From Somniosus microcephalus (lineage: Eukaryota): DNA of 64,000 nucleotides. Shown in pieces: positions 24,081 through 36,220 of the stretch. Location of the stretch: the NCBI GenBank assembly GCA_052327205.1, contig CM126220.1, positions 52,018,001 through 52,082,000 on the forward strand, read 5' to 3'. The position numbers were made by a program, and so were the translations under genes. The notes under the pieces are model-generated. The model saw only the letters and a program-made list of their open reading frames with translations. It was not told the DNA's origin and made no database searches. Position 1 is the stretch's first letter, and every line of letters starts with the position of its first letter.

Positions 24081-25809
24081 TTAAGAGGACATCTGATTGA
24101 GGTGCTCAAAATTATGAGGGGCTTTAATACCGTAAATCAGGGAAATCTATTTTTTCATTGGTCAGTGAGTCAGTAGCTAGAGGGCAAAAATTAAGTTCAT
24201 CACCAAAAGAAGGGCGAGGTTAGGAAAATTATTTTATGCAGAAGGTTGTTAGGACATGGAATACCCTGCCAGTAACAGTGGTGGAAGCAAAACCCATGAT
24301 AACTTTTAAAAGTGAAGTTAGATAAATATATTAAAAAATATGTATTTTTTAAAGGATATTGGGAAAATGCATGGGGAATAAGACGAAGAGGATATCTTTT
24401 TCAGAGTGCTCGCATTGTTGCGATGGGATGAATACCTCCCTCAACTGTATTGATCTTTAAGTTTTGTGAATCAGTAAGCAGAAAATAAAGAAATAAAATA
24501 TTTTATTTTTTAAGACTACCATTCCACAAATCAGCGAGCATCACAAAACCAACCGATCAAATTGCTTAAGTAATTTCTTCATTTGTTTTCAGCTATCACT
24601 TATTTTCCCTCTTCACTCAGTTCACTGTATACATTAAACACATAAAAAACATTACATAGTTTAGGGCAACCCACACCCCACTAAACTTTCCCATAAATTG
24701 GTCATTTAATGTTCCAAATGCCTGCAAGATGCACCCACCCCCCCTCTCCCACACCTTCTACTTGAGGTTTGTATTGGAAGTTATATGGTGGACTATATGG
24801 TGGAATTTCCAGCTGATGTGAGCAGATTCTGGAGTTGTGTGATGTACATGGAAATCATAGTTTCCGCTATGCACCTATGGAACTAGAATACCCAGAATGC
24901 ACCATGTCAACCCATGATGGCTAAGTGGAAAAGGGCCATGATATTATACTTCCTGTTACCTAATTCTGTATGTCTTGACAGAGAGAGATACACCCAAGCA
25001 TTGCAGTTTTCATCGTGCTTCTGTTTAACGACCGTGTTGTAACTACAAGAATGAAAATTTACAAATCACCAAGACTGGAGTGGTGGAAAAAAAAAATTCA
25101 GTTTTTTTTACATAAGCTATAAAATTAAAATTCTCCTGCCGCTGTTTGGGATGAGGTTTTTGTGTCACCGAGGGGTACTAATGTTTGCTGGAGAGCCCTT
25201 CACCAGTGACAGCTTCAGCAAGAACTGCAAATCCACTGTGGGGAAATGAAGAGTGTTACCTTTTAAAATCATGCAAATAACTGAGAATGGGAAGGAAGGA
25301 AGAATAAACAAATAAATGAAGTACTTGTATCTTAAGCAAATATTGCAAATCCACAGTGGTAGGTAGCATATATACATATGTATCATTTATACATAACTTG
25401 GAGTAAAAGGTTTTAGGCAGGGAAGAACAAAGTTACTTGCATCTTGCGTAAGATTTGTAATGTGGTAGGTATAATAGTACAAAAATTATGTCTGAGATTT
25501 GTATCAGTGCAGTAAGGCGTATATTTTTTTGCTGTATCACAGTAATGAGATGCTACCATGCTTGGGCTGTAGTGGGACCAGGATCAACATTATAAACCAC
25601 ACTCCGGTCCCAGATTCTCCATGGACAACATCACAGGAGATCTACAGATCTAGAAACCTATGTGCACCAACTGCGCATGGTACCATTGCAATACCCTTAA
25701 GATAAATTATTCAGCATATTGAAACGCTTTTTTTAAGCATGTCTTTCTGATGAATATCTGTTATCAATAATTGTTAATAATTTTGAGGAATAGTGGAACA
25801 AAGGTTGTT

Positions 25810-26455
25810 GTGGAATAACAACAGAAAATGCTGGAAAAACTCAGCAGACCAGGCAACATCCGTGGAGAGAAATTAGAGTCGACGTTTTGGGTCTAACCCT
25901 TTTTCAAAACGGGAAAGGAAATGAAATAGATCGAAAGGCAGGGCTGGGAGAGAACAAAAGAGAAGCAGAGACATTAAGAGGTATTCAAAACGAGACGAGA
26001 TGGTGATAGGACTAGTGGACATAAGACGGCTCAGTTTAGGTGTGAAATATTCTGGCAGAATGAGAGACAGCTGCCATGTGGGAGAGAGGAAAAAAAAGGA
26101 AAGGGGGGGGGGGGGAGGGAAAAACCAGAACAAAGGGGTGGATAAAAAATATAAGTAAAAATGTAATAGAGGCTGATGTTATGATCTGAAATTGTTGAAC
26201 TCGATATTGAGTCCGGAAGGCTGTAAAGTGCCTAATTGGAAGATGAGGTGCTGTTCCTCGAGTTTACGTTGAGCTTCCGTGGAACAATGCAAGAGGCCAA
26301 GGACGGTGAGGTCCGAGTGGGAATGGAGCGGTGAATTAAAATGACAGGCGACCGGAAGCTCGGGGGTCACCCTTACGGACTGAACGGAGGTGTTCTGCAA
26401 AGCGGTCACCCAATCTGCGTTTGGTCTCCCCAATGTAGAGGAGACCGCATTGTAA
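25810..26455 (-). mobile_element. Penelope-like retroelement fragment: GIY-YIG endonuclease C-terminus plus pseudo-LTR
   Basis: Minus strand QCGLLYIGETKRRLGDRFAEHLRSVR, then a frameshift to PELPVACHFNS...EEQHLIFQLGTLQPSGLNIEFNNFRS*. Confidence 0.9.
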
Positions 26456-27234
26456 AGGTTATTGTGGATTTGTTATGTAGATGGTTGTACTCGTTTGTCT
26501 ACCTTTTTTAGTATGTCTACCTATAGTGTGAGACCTGCAGGAGTAAAAAAGCATAAATATACAAAAAATATATATTGCAAATATCTGGATTTAGTTTTAA
26601 AATAAAATGCAATGTAATTATAGAGCTCTGAATGTGTCAGACCTCTGAAAAATCATATATACTTAACTGCCTGATTATTAATTATAAAGGCTTTTTTGTA
26701 TTCACTTTTACAGCAATTTTTTTTTTTTTTTTTAAGAGGTCATTCTCTGGTCAGTAGTTGAGATGGCATTTAATGTTGCTACCTGACCTTTCCATGTACC
26801 TAATTTTGATTGCTAAATATATAATAATGGTGATGTTAAATGTTCAATTACATACTAAATTAAATAAGTAAAGTAATGAAGAACACATTACTTTGTATCA
26901 AGGAGTACTTCACTCCCATGTTAAGTAGGGGCCACAGTCTCCTCTGGGACTAAATTTAGTCATTTTGGACTTTACACTTATATGCTGAACTCTGTTTAAA
27001 GACGCAGTGGTGTTTCTGTGTACTTGTTGTATTCTCAGTATGCAACATTATCTGCATTATTCTGGTTGTAGGATTCAATTTCTTTTTAAAAAGCTGTAGT
27101 GTTTAATGTGCCTGTGAGTACAACATTTTCTTTTTCTTTTTTTGAAGGTTATAGTCTGTGTAAGTGAAATCAATCACCACTCGAGGAATTTAGCGTTCTG
27201 CTTTCACGTTGTATTGTAAATACAGCTTTCTCAC

Positions 27235-28088
27235 ACAGGACATAGAAAGGCTAGCAGAATGGGCAGACAAGTGGCAGATGGGATTTAATACAGAGAAGTG
27301 TGAGGTGACGCATTTTGGCAGAAAGAACAGGGAGAGGCAATATACACTTAATGGCACAGTTTTAAAGAGAGTGCAGGGACAGAGGGACCTGGGAGTTAAT
27401 GTGCATAGGTTCCTAAAGGTGGCAGGACATATTGAGAGAGAGGTTAGCAAAGCATATGTGATCTTGGGTTTCATAAATAGAGGTATTGAGTACAAAAGTA
27501 GAGAAGTTATGCTGAACCTTTATAAAGCGCTGGTTAGGCCACAACTGGAGTATTGCGTCCAGTTCTGGTCACCACACTTTAGGAAGGATGTGAAGGCCCT
27601 TGAGAGGGTGCAGAGGAGATTTACCAGAATGGTTCCGGGGATGGGGGATCTTAGCTACAAGGACAGGTTGGAGAAGCTGGATTTGTTTTCATTAGAGCAA
27701 AGGAGGATGAGGGGTGATTTGATAGAGGTGTACAAGATTATGATGGGTTTGGATAGTCTAGAGGGGGAAAGGCTGTTCCCACTAGTTGTTGGTACAAGGA
27801 CTAGGAGACACCGATTTAAGTTTTTGGACAAGAGATATAGGGGAGACGTGAAGAAAAACTTTTTTACGCAACGAGTGGTGAGGATCTGGAACTCGCTGCC
27901 GACGGAAGTGGTGGAAGCGGAGACACTCAATGTTTTCAAGGGGACACTGGATAGGCACTTGAGGGAAATAAACTTGCAGGGCTACGGGGATAGAGCGGGG
28001 GAATGGGACTGACTGGATTGCTCTACAGAGAGCCGACACGGACTCGATGGGCCGAATGGCGGCCTCCTGTGCTGTTTTGACTCTATAA
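27235..28088 (+). mobile_element. Young CR1 LINE 3' fragment with an uninterrupted ORF2 C-terminus
   Basis: About 260 stop-free codons: WADKWQMGFNTEKC...LYKALVRPQLEYCVQFWSP...FFTQRVVRIWNSLP, followed by a 3' UTR. Confidence 0.95.
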
Positions 28089-28173
28089 CATGATGAGTCT
28101 GTAGTCTAAGCATATAATCATAATCCATTGCTACCAACCATTAAAGAACATCCTGTCATTGCGTGAGTGGATC

Positions 28174-28796
28174 AGCCAGATTTTGCTGGAGCGGGGCATC
28201 ACACGGCATACGCCGCTGGTTAGACTTTTTCCTGCATCCTTCAGCTCGGAAGTTTTGCTGGAAGTGCGAGCTTAGAATGGCATGACGAGGGCAACGGGGC
28301 ATCTGGGACCTCGGTGAACGGCAGGGCCAGCAGTGCATCTCCTTAACCAATGTGATTTAAGAATTGAAAAAGAAACAGAGGAACAACGGAGAAGGAGGGT
28401 GAATTAGAGTCAAATCAGGTACAGAAAGAGAAATGAAGAGAGGGAAAGAAAGATTGGATAAAGAGAGAGAAAGAAAAAAGACAGAATGGAAAAGTAAGAA
28501 AAAAAATTGACCTTTTTAAAATCTCCAACAACAATTTACTACATGCATGAATGAGATTAAACAGTTTAAATTGTTCCCTTTCTGGGCCAGAGAGGTTGAT
28601 TAGCATTGCATTAACAATTATTACGTTGTTAAAAAGGTACTTGTGCTGTTAAATTCCAGCCTTGTGCGAAGCAAACAGCGGAACAGTATAAACCAACCAG
28701 TGAATTCTGGAGGTTCGCAACTCTCTTAATCCCCTGAATTGCCTGACTGATTTGCACATCAATAACTGCATGCGTTTTTCCTGCAAGTTTCGACCC
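28174..28796. mobile_element. Harbinger-like element H1 copy
   Basis: Left end AGCCAGATTTTGCTGGAGCGGGG and right end GCAAGTTTCGACCC; interior homologous to 2450-2700 and 31224-31460. Confidence 0.72.
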
Positions 28797-30926
28797 GCTA
28801 GTTTGTTCTTGTACAGTTGTAGATGCTCTGAAGCTGTAATGCGTAGAACTCGTGTGTTACTTTTTACTTGGCATAGGATTGTACCAGCAGGCACCTGTTG
28901 GATTGGTGTTTATTCTTGGAGATCTAATTGCTTTTCGGACTTCTCATGAAGTGAAAAGGGTGATCCTGACCACAACTGCAATGGCTAAAAAGGCATCCAT
29001 TTTGAAATGAAATGCCAGTTGAAACCTTCATTGAAGTAGCATGAAGCTTTAGAAGAGCTGATGCATGTAGACTAACTTACATTTAAATAATAAAGGGAAA
29101 GGCAAAATTGTTTAGTTGCATTTGAGAAGCCAGTGACTACTACATGAAAAGTAATTGAAGCACCACAAACTTGCTTTTAATTCTAGCTTAGCAGGAAATA
29201 TTAGGAATGGTTCTTTATAATTTATACCTTCTTGTAAGCATAGGATTCTAACACAGCGATCTGTATATAGAAAATTCTAGTCTAGAACCAGACAAAATCT
29301 GCTTTCCTAAGACCTGATTTAAGTAAAACTATAAGGATAGACATTTTGTGATACAAAAGCAGATGCAATTTTAAGAGAAATTTACAAGAAACAGAACTCA
29401 CTATAGAATAGGATAGAAGATTTTCTGTCTGACAGTAGTAGTATTTTCACCATAACTGAAAGTATATTAATTGCTCAGTCACCCCATATGTTGAGTTACT
29501 TGGGTAATTTTCAGCACATCTTTTTTTATACAGATACAATGCTTTAATCATTAGCCATCGCATTTTCAGTCAAAATCCTTTTGTTCATTCCTGTGATTTC
29601 CTTATGCAATCATTGGGATTTCACCTGCCCCCGCTACATTAATACACTTTGTATTGATTCCAAGTCTTGGAGTTTAGAGATCTTCTGCGACAGGCAAGGG
29701 AGGGAGGGGGGTGATTTATTTCAACAACTGTATCATGGCACGAAACAGACATTAATTATTGATTGGTAAGTTGTAAGCTGAGACTCGGCTAGGGTTGATT
29801 ATGTCTGGCCATCAGTGAAACGTCAGATTATCAGACGCATTAGCTGTGAGGATCAAATTGGAACTGAGAGTGGTGCAGGATTGTAGAAAACACTGTCTGA
29901 AATGATAAAACTGATTGCTCGGCTGATCAATGTTTAAAGAAAAATTCACTCCCGAATACTGTTCTGCAATAGGCCAATGTTACTGTGGGGAATCCATGAT
30001 TCATGTATGTTTTGTGCTGAAACAAGTATTTGCCAGTCTTCCAAGTGACAAATCTCTTTAAACACCCTGGCTAATCTGAGCTAATTTTGTATTTGCAGAT
30101 AATACCCTAAAGCAACATAAAACATCACCTACAGTTTAAAAAAAAATCTCTCAGACCAGACAGAGCTGTGATGTGTTGGCATTTTATAGGCTAAGAAAGT
30201 CTTTGGACAGATTCTAAATGAAAATCCAGTTTGTCGTTGACTTCAAATAGTTCACACGCTGTCATTTTTGGACAGATTGTTATTAACTCCTGAGTATTTT
30301 AGCTAGAGAGATCAATATAGGAGAGTAAAATTGTGGTTATATACTAATCTGGTTCTAAAAATTACTTTGTGTTATTTTAACAAGCATTTCTCAGCCTACA
30401 CGTGAATCTCCTTTGGATAGACATTTGAAAGACTGAGATTAAAGCTCTGAGTTTATTTGGGCATGCAATTTGAAAAAAGGCTCTGTTGGTAAGGTGAAAC
30501 AAGGGAGTAACTGAGCTGCCTTTTCAGTGCTCTAGGAATGATGTCATTACACTGCTGCAATGGTGCAGGTTACAAGGAAGGAGCACAATGCAGAGTGCAG
30601 AGTTCTTTCACTCACTCAATTTTACGTAGAATTTCTGGAGGCTGTATAATACAGTCTGCAAACTTCGGTGACTGTGTTCTTGGAAACTACAAAAGTGTTT
30701 CACCCTATTGCATACGATCCAAAAGTAATATAGGATCAGAGTTTCCTACCTTATGTATTTGCAAATTCAGTTGGACCTAAAAGGAACATCTTGGACCTTG
30801 GTGAGCGACGGGACCAACAGTGTATATTCTTTGCCAAAGAGATTAAAGGATTGAGAAATAAACAGAGGAAGGACTGAGAAGGAGGGTGACTTAGAGTGGG
30901 TGAATTCAATGTCAAATCAGGTACAG

Positions 30927-31220
30927 AACATAGGAGCAGGAGTAGGCCATTTTGCCCTTCAAGCCTGTTCTGTCATTCAATAAAATCATGGCTGATCTTC
31001 TACCTCAACTCCACCTTCCTGAACTATCCCCATATCCCTTCATTCCCTTAATATCCAAAAATCTATCGATCTTTGTCTTGAATACACTCAACGACTGAGC
31101 ATCCACAGCCCTCTGGGATAGAGAATTCTAAAGATTCACAAATCTTTGAGTGAAGAAATTTCTCCTCATCTCAGTCCTAAATGGCTGACCCCTTATTCCA
31201 AGACTGTGGCCCCTAGTTCT
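30927..31220 (-). mobile_element. CR1 3' fragment
   Basis: cataggagcaggagtaggcc...gaaatttctcctcatctcag is the reverse complement of a 4057-4433-type end. Confidence 0.88.
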
Positions 31221-31637
31221 ACAAAGAGAAATAAAGAGAGGGAAAGAAAGATTGGATTATAAGAGAGAGAAAAAAAAGACAAAGGAAAAGTGGAATTTAA
31301 AATTTGACATTTTAAAAATCTCCAACAACAATTCACAATCTGAAGTAATGAGATCCAAACCTTTAATTGTTCACTTTCTAGGCCAGAGAGGTTGATTGGC
31401 AGTGATTAACAATTATCACATCATTAAAAGGGTACTTGTGCTATTAATTACTAGAGTTGCCATTCTGTGGTGAGTTTAATGGGCAATTAATGTGCAAATA
31501 CAGCAATTTCATGAAAATCACAGGGATGTTGAGGGTGAGCTGTCGTTTTCATAAAGCTAATGGAGGAACAGCGCAAGTCATCCTGCAGCATGTGGCAATT
31601 CGCAATTCACGGGGCATCTCTTATTCGCCGCAAGTTA

Positions 31638-31790
31638 CATAGAAACATAGAAGATAGGAGCAGGAGTAGGCCATTCGGCCCCTCGAGCCTGCTCCGCCAT
31701 TCAACGAGATCATGGCTGATCAACCAAACCCTAGCACCTGGTCCCTATACCGACAGCCATCCCACCCAAGCCCTATCCCCGTAACCCCAG
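31638..31790 (-). mobile_element. CR1 3' tail
   Basis: acatagaaacatagaagataggagcagg; AGTT on both sides. Confidence 0.8.
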
Positions 31791-32029
31791 TTGCTGGCCG
31801 ATTTGCATGTTAATAATTGTGTGTTGTTCCCACGCCATTATTTTTTTCAGCAAATTCCGGCCCATGGTTTTCTTGTAATTATGTAAGCAGCAATGGACAC
31901 TGAAGGTGGGGAAATCTGGATACCATGGTTAAAAGCCCTGTATTTTCATTGCTGGGAATTTGGTTTGAATCCAGCCCAGACACTGCTCTTAAATAGATGC
32001 CAAGAGTCAAAATGTAATGTGTTTGGGAA

Positions 32030-32337
32030 ACGTAATGAGCCGGAAGCCTCCCCTGACTCCACCGCACTTGCGACCGACCACCCCACCCCCCATTACTGCT
32101 CCGCCCCGCCCCGCCCCGGCGAACCCGCTTTCGGGCCACTGCGGCAAGCAGCCAGATATTCATGTCTTCAAATTGGCAAGCTGCCTATGGAGGCATGACA
32201 GGTGCCGGCATCACGCCTAAATTATTGAAATGAGGCCCATGATTCAATTACGTGGCAGCCTCATTGGTTGGGGCGTGTGCTGCCTGCGAAGCACCGATTC
32301 TGGCCCAAAAATTGGGCAAAGATGAATTTCCACCCCT
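32030..32337. mobile_element. Partial GC-rich Harbinger-like MITE (right end only)
   Basis: Ends GAATTTCCACCCC and shares a gaggcatg...aaatgag segment with 20380-20415. Confidence 0.45.
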
Positions 32338-32896
32338 AAATGTGTGATTCCCTCAAAATGTGGGACAGTTGGAGATTACAAGTCCATATAAATTACCTGG
32401 ATTGCAGTAATAAGGCCTGATGGGGAACGAGCTGTAATACTAATTGTAATGTGGTAAGAGTACTGCTCTTTACCTATTTGATTTCAAAAATGCATGTTGT
32501 TGCCCTTCAGTTTCTTTACCTGTTGAGAATTGATTTTTAACATTGGCCTGTATTAAATTATTGGAAGTGCATAATACAAAGTATCTTGGAGAGGGATTGA
32601 AAGTTATCGAGTCTTGCGTTACTATTTCATCACCTGTCTGATTTTAAGCATAATGTCCAAGTCAGCTTCTGGGCCAGATTAATGTGCACTGTGCAATTAC
32701 TGCATTGTGAAGTTTAATCTATGAAATTTCCCCAGTGATATGAAAAGTGGTACACATTTTAAATTAAAAACAATTACTGGGTTGTCTGAATGCATGGAGT
32801 TAAAAGGGCTTTAAATAGAGTTGTAGTTGAATATTTTTAAAACTCAGCCTATGTTGCATAATCATATTACTGATTACTTCTTATGTTCACTTGCAG

Positions 32897-33093
32897 GTAC
32901 TGTTGATGTATGGAGCACAGTTCTTGCACGGGAACCAGTACATCATTATCAGCATAGCCAGGAGATACAGGCTATAGCTATAGCATCAGACAGCGCTGTT
33001 ATAGCAACTTCCTCAGGTTATCAAGTAAGATTAGAATCCAGCGATGAGAAAGGATACTGGCGAAAAGCATACCAGTTTGAACTTCAGAAACTG
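32897..33093 (+). CDS. FBXW8: FBXW8 internal coding exon B (197 nt)
   Basis: ttgcag acceptor and gtgggt donor; phase fits exon A (G|GT). Translates GTVDVWSTVLAREPVHHYQHSQEIQAIAIASDSAVIATSSGYQVRLESSDEKGYWRKAYQFELQKL, versus human ...PVHRFEHDARIQALAL...EEGYWQIAAEFEVPKL. Confidence 0.93.
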
Positions 33094-33384
33094 GTGGGTT
33101 TGTGTTTCCATTGTATCTCTCTAGTTCATTTACTAGTCACTGCTCAATGCTTTTTATGTGCCCATTCATTGTCACAGATTCATTAAGTTTGTATGTCATC
33201 AATGTCCCTTTTCATGGAGATGGGCAATCCAAAGCAAGAACCAAGGTTAACCAATCAAACCCATTTAGGAGAAAGGTCAATATGAATAAAGTAATACTTA
33301 CATTTATAGAATAACTTATTATGTTGACAGGTCTCAAATATCTTCACACAATTAATTACTTTTGAAATGTAGTGACTATTATTA

Positions 33385-33790
33385 TGAGTAAAGGTCATTT
33401 AGTCCATCAAGCCCATTCCCATCACAGCCCATGTACAATTTGCTCCATCCATTCAATTTCCTAAAGGAGGCAGCCACCGAACAGCGAATCTTCAAGAAGA
33501 TAACACTTGTAAAACTTCTCTCTAATCCCCCAGAGTAGTCATGCAAAACTCCAGAATATTAATACAAATCTGGGTTGCTGCATTCCACAGGTGACTCTTC
33601 CATGCTCCCAGCAGCACAGGAATCATTGTGATCATTTTACCTTATCCATAAAATCTTCAGTCACTTTCACAAACAAATACTTATCTGGTTTATTTTTCAA
33701 GGATTTAATTGATCGAGCATCAACTGCTTTTGCCGGGGGTTCATGATACCATGGGGAAAAAATGTTCTTGCTATGTCCAGGATAATGTTC
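33385..33790 (-). mobile_element. Old CR1 3' fragment
   Basis: aaggtcatttagtccatcaagccc tail; minus-strand translation PAKAVDARSIKSLKNKPDKYL. Confidence 0.55.
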
Positions 33791-34129
33791 TAAAGCAAAG
33801 ATATAGGTTTGTTCAAGGATGTTAAGTAAACACTTTGAGAGTTTGCTCACTGGTCTTAAGAGACTGCAGACATTGTGGTTCTGGTGGTTTTTGTTGCTAT
33901 GGTATTTTCTGCTGCTCTGGTATCTTCTGTTGCTAGCGAGTTTGTTCATTCCAAATGACTGCCTCTTTTTTTCAAGCAAGATGCAGAAATTTGTATTAGT
34001 GTGCTGGAATCTGAAGTATGGCTTACAGATCGTGCTTAGATATATGAAGCTTTAATAATAATACTGGTAGCATTGTAATCTGGAAAGTTGGCATAGTTGT
34101 GATATTTAAGTGGAAATGTGTGTGCATTC

Positions 34130-34930
34130 AAGGTAAGTGATGAAATGTTTTGTATTGGGTAGTGTTTATTGGAGAATTTGGTGTAGGGTGTTTGGATTTA
34201 AGTGAATGGTGATGAGGTGTGAGAGGAGAGGTGGGGATTTGGGGTTGGGAGTGGTTATGTAGGATAGGGAGTGGGAAGATTTGAGGGGTGAGAGTGGTGG
34301 GTTGTTTGGCAGCAGTAATGGGGCAGTATTTGGATGGAGCTTAGAAGTAGTTTGGGGACGTGAAGAGAACAGTAGTTGAAGAGATGGTAGAATTAGGAGG
34401 AACGGTTGGTAGAGAGGGAAAACTGATGTAATAAGGAAGTCAGTTGGGAGATGTAAAAGATTGTTTTTGTAAGGGAAGTCTTTATGATGCTCTAGTGAAG
34501 GAAGAAAATGATTACTGATGGGAAATGGCATACCGAATGAGAATGCAGAAAGAGATCAGTACAGAGTAACAGATGCTGGCTGCATTACATAATTTCAATT
34601 AAGGGGTTGGGAGAGCAGCCATGGACTGGAGTAAATAATTTAGGCTTAAAGGGATCGAAGTGATTGGGCTGATGTGTGGCAGTGGGCGGCAATAAATAAT
34701 TTTGGGAGTTTAGGGAGGGGTCAAGAGAAAAGCCATAGACTGCAGTAATTAACTTGGGCATAAAGCAGCAAATAACTTCAGTGAGAGGTAAGGAGATTAA
34801 ACTCAAGTGGAGGTTGGGTTTATATTGGGCTGGGGCTTCCAGCAGGAAACGGGAGTTGGTGGCAGCGCCAGCCCAGTGTGGGTCGTCAGCAGCTGACAAG
34901 AGGCTGAAGGGGTGGGAGGGCGAGAGCTCC
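34130..34930 (-). mobile_element. Probable decayed retroelement, class unresolved
   Basis: Strong purine skew on the + strand; no diagnostic motif. Confidence 0.3.
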
Positions 34931-35885
34931 AGAGGACTTACACAAAGCGTGGGTTAAAGTTATTCACCAAGCAGGGCAGAGGCACCATTCCAGAAACCAT
35001 TTTTTCTGAGGAAGGAGGGAGGGGACATAATGCACAGCAGGAAACCCAAACTGGGAGCTGCTCGAAGACTCGGGAGCAAAGGTAGTCAGGAACAAAGTGC
35101 TGCATGCTGGCACCCAGTGGCCAAAGTTTGCAATCGCTGTGTCATAGTCTGCCACATTAATGGGATGGGAATATTACAAGTGTGATAGGGCATGTGTCAC
35201 TAGGGCACAGTTAATCTGAAAAAATCCATACGATAATGTTGGCATCGGATTTTTGACTGAATATACTGTTTTTCGATAAAAATATATTTAACTTTTTTTC
35301 CACTCCTATCACTGACTGAGCATATCAATCTTCTATGAGCATCTTTCAAAATTTGGACGTCTGTTCTTTTCCTCACACCACAATCGCCTACAATTACTGT
35401 GGCCACTTTTATATCTGCTGCTGCTTGCGCTCGCCTATGTGACAGTAGGGGGCAATATTTCAATCAAAATGCTGTATCTACATAAAGTGGACCTCACTCT
35501 CGCCAATTTTAGTATCTCTAATGTTCCAGTCAGCGCAATTTTTATTTCAGTTTTCTCTTTCTGCTCTGCTAAGCCTTCCTCAGTTCAGTCTCTGTCTTGG
35601 CCATGATATGGTGCTTCTAAGTGAACCTCTATCCACTAACATTATTACACACACCATAGCGAACACGATGATAGAGCTTTTATCCTGCCTGAAATACGGA
35701 AAAATTATGTTCCTTGTTTTGCAATAACAAGCCAGGTTGTCTCTAAGACCCAGGCCCAATTGTTTAACATGTAAATCTGCCTAGATGCAGAAGCTTGATT
35801 CTAGGTGTTAATCATATTTTTGAAGGACAATGGATTTGGTCAATCAGACAAAATCATGGTTTCAGATGCTGCAAGTGTTGAAGTA

Positions 35886-36220
35886 CAGGAAACTTTGTTA
35901 TATCCGGCACCGACGGGACCGAGCTGTTGCCGATCTATCAAAACTGCCGGACATACCAGCGTTAATGTTGAAGCATATGGAGATTTGCAGCTCCGTATCT
36001 GGCAACAAACACTGTTGCTTAGCAACAGCTTCTAAACAGTCGGCTGTACCTTAGAAGCGTCTCTGTAGCTTAGCAACAGCTTCAGAGAGACTTTGCAGAG
36101 CCTGACTGTTGGAAAAAAAAAGCCACGAGAAGAAAAAAAACCTAACAAAACGGCTCCTGATTTCTGCCGGTAGATCGAGGTTTCCGGACATACAACCTCC
36201 GGATAAACCAAAGTTTCCTG
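35886..36220 (+). mobile_element. pogo/Tigger-like MITE T1
   Basis: TA|CAGGAAACTTTG...CAAAGTTTCCTG|TA. Confidence 0.9.

Larger units (their letters stand above)
22640..24440 (+). mobile_element. Old degenerate CR1 fragments, interrupted by a T1 MITE and a Deu-SINE head
   Basis: Remnants of RPVRLTSIVG, MDFQK, GSVLGPLL and WNTLP coding sequence with many indels. Confidence 0.65.
30733..31863. mobile_element. Harbinger-like element H1 copy carrying two CR1 tail insertions
   Basis: Colinear with 28174-28796 once 30927-31220 and 31638-31790 are removed; right end CAAATTCCGGCCC. The left boundary is approximate. Confidence 0.68.
6865..32896 (+). other. FBXW8: FBXW8 intron (about 26.0 kb, GT-AG)
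   Basis: Joins exons A and B in frame with no missing peptide. Confidence 0.88.

Noticed and set aside
31920-31990. LF-SINE-like head (ggtttgaatccagcccaga)
   Set aside because: The match is too short to assign a family.
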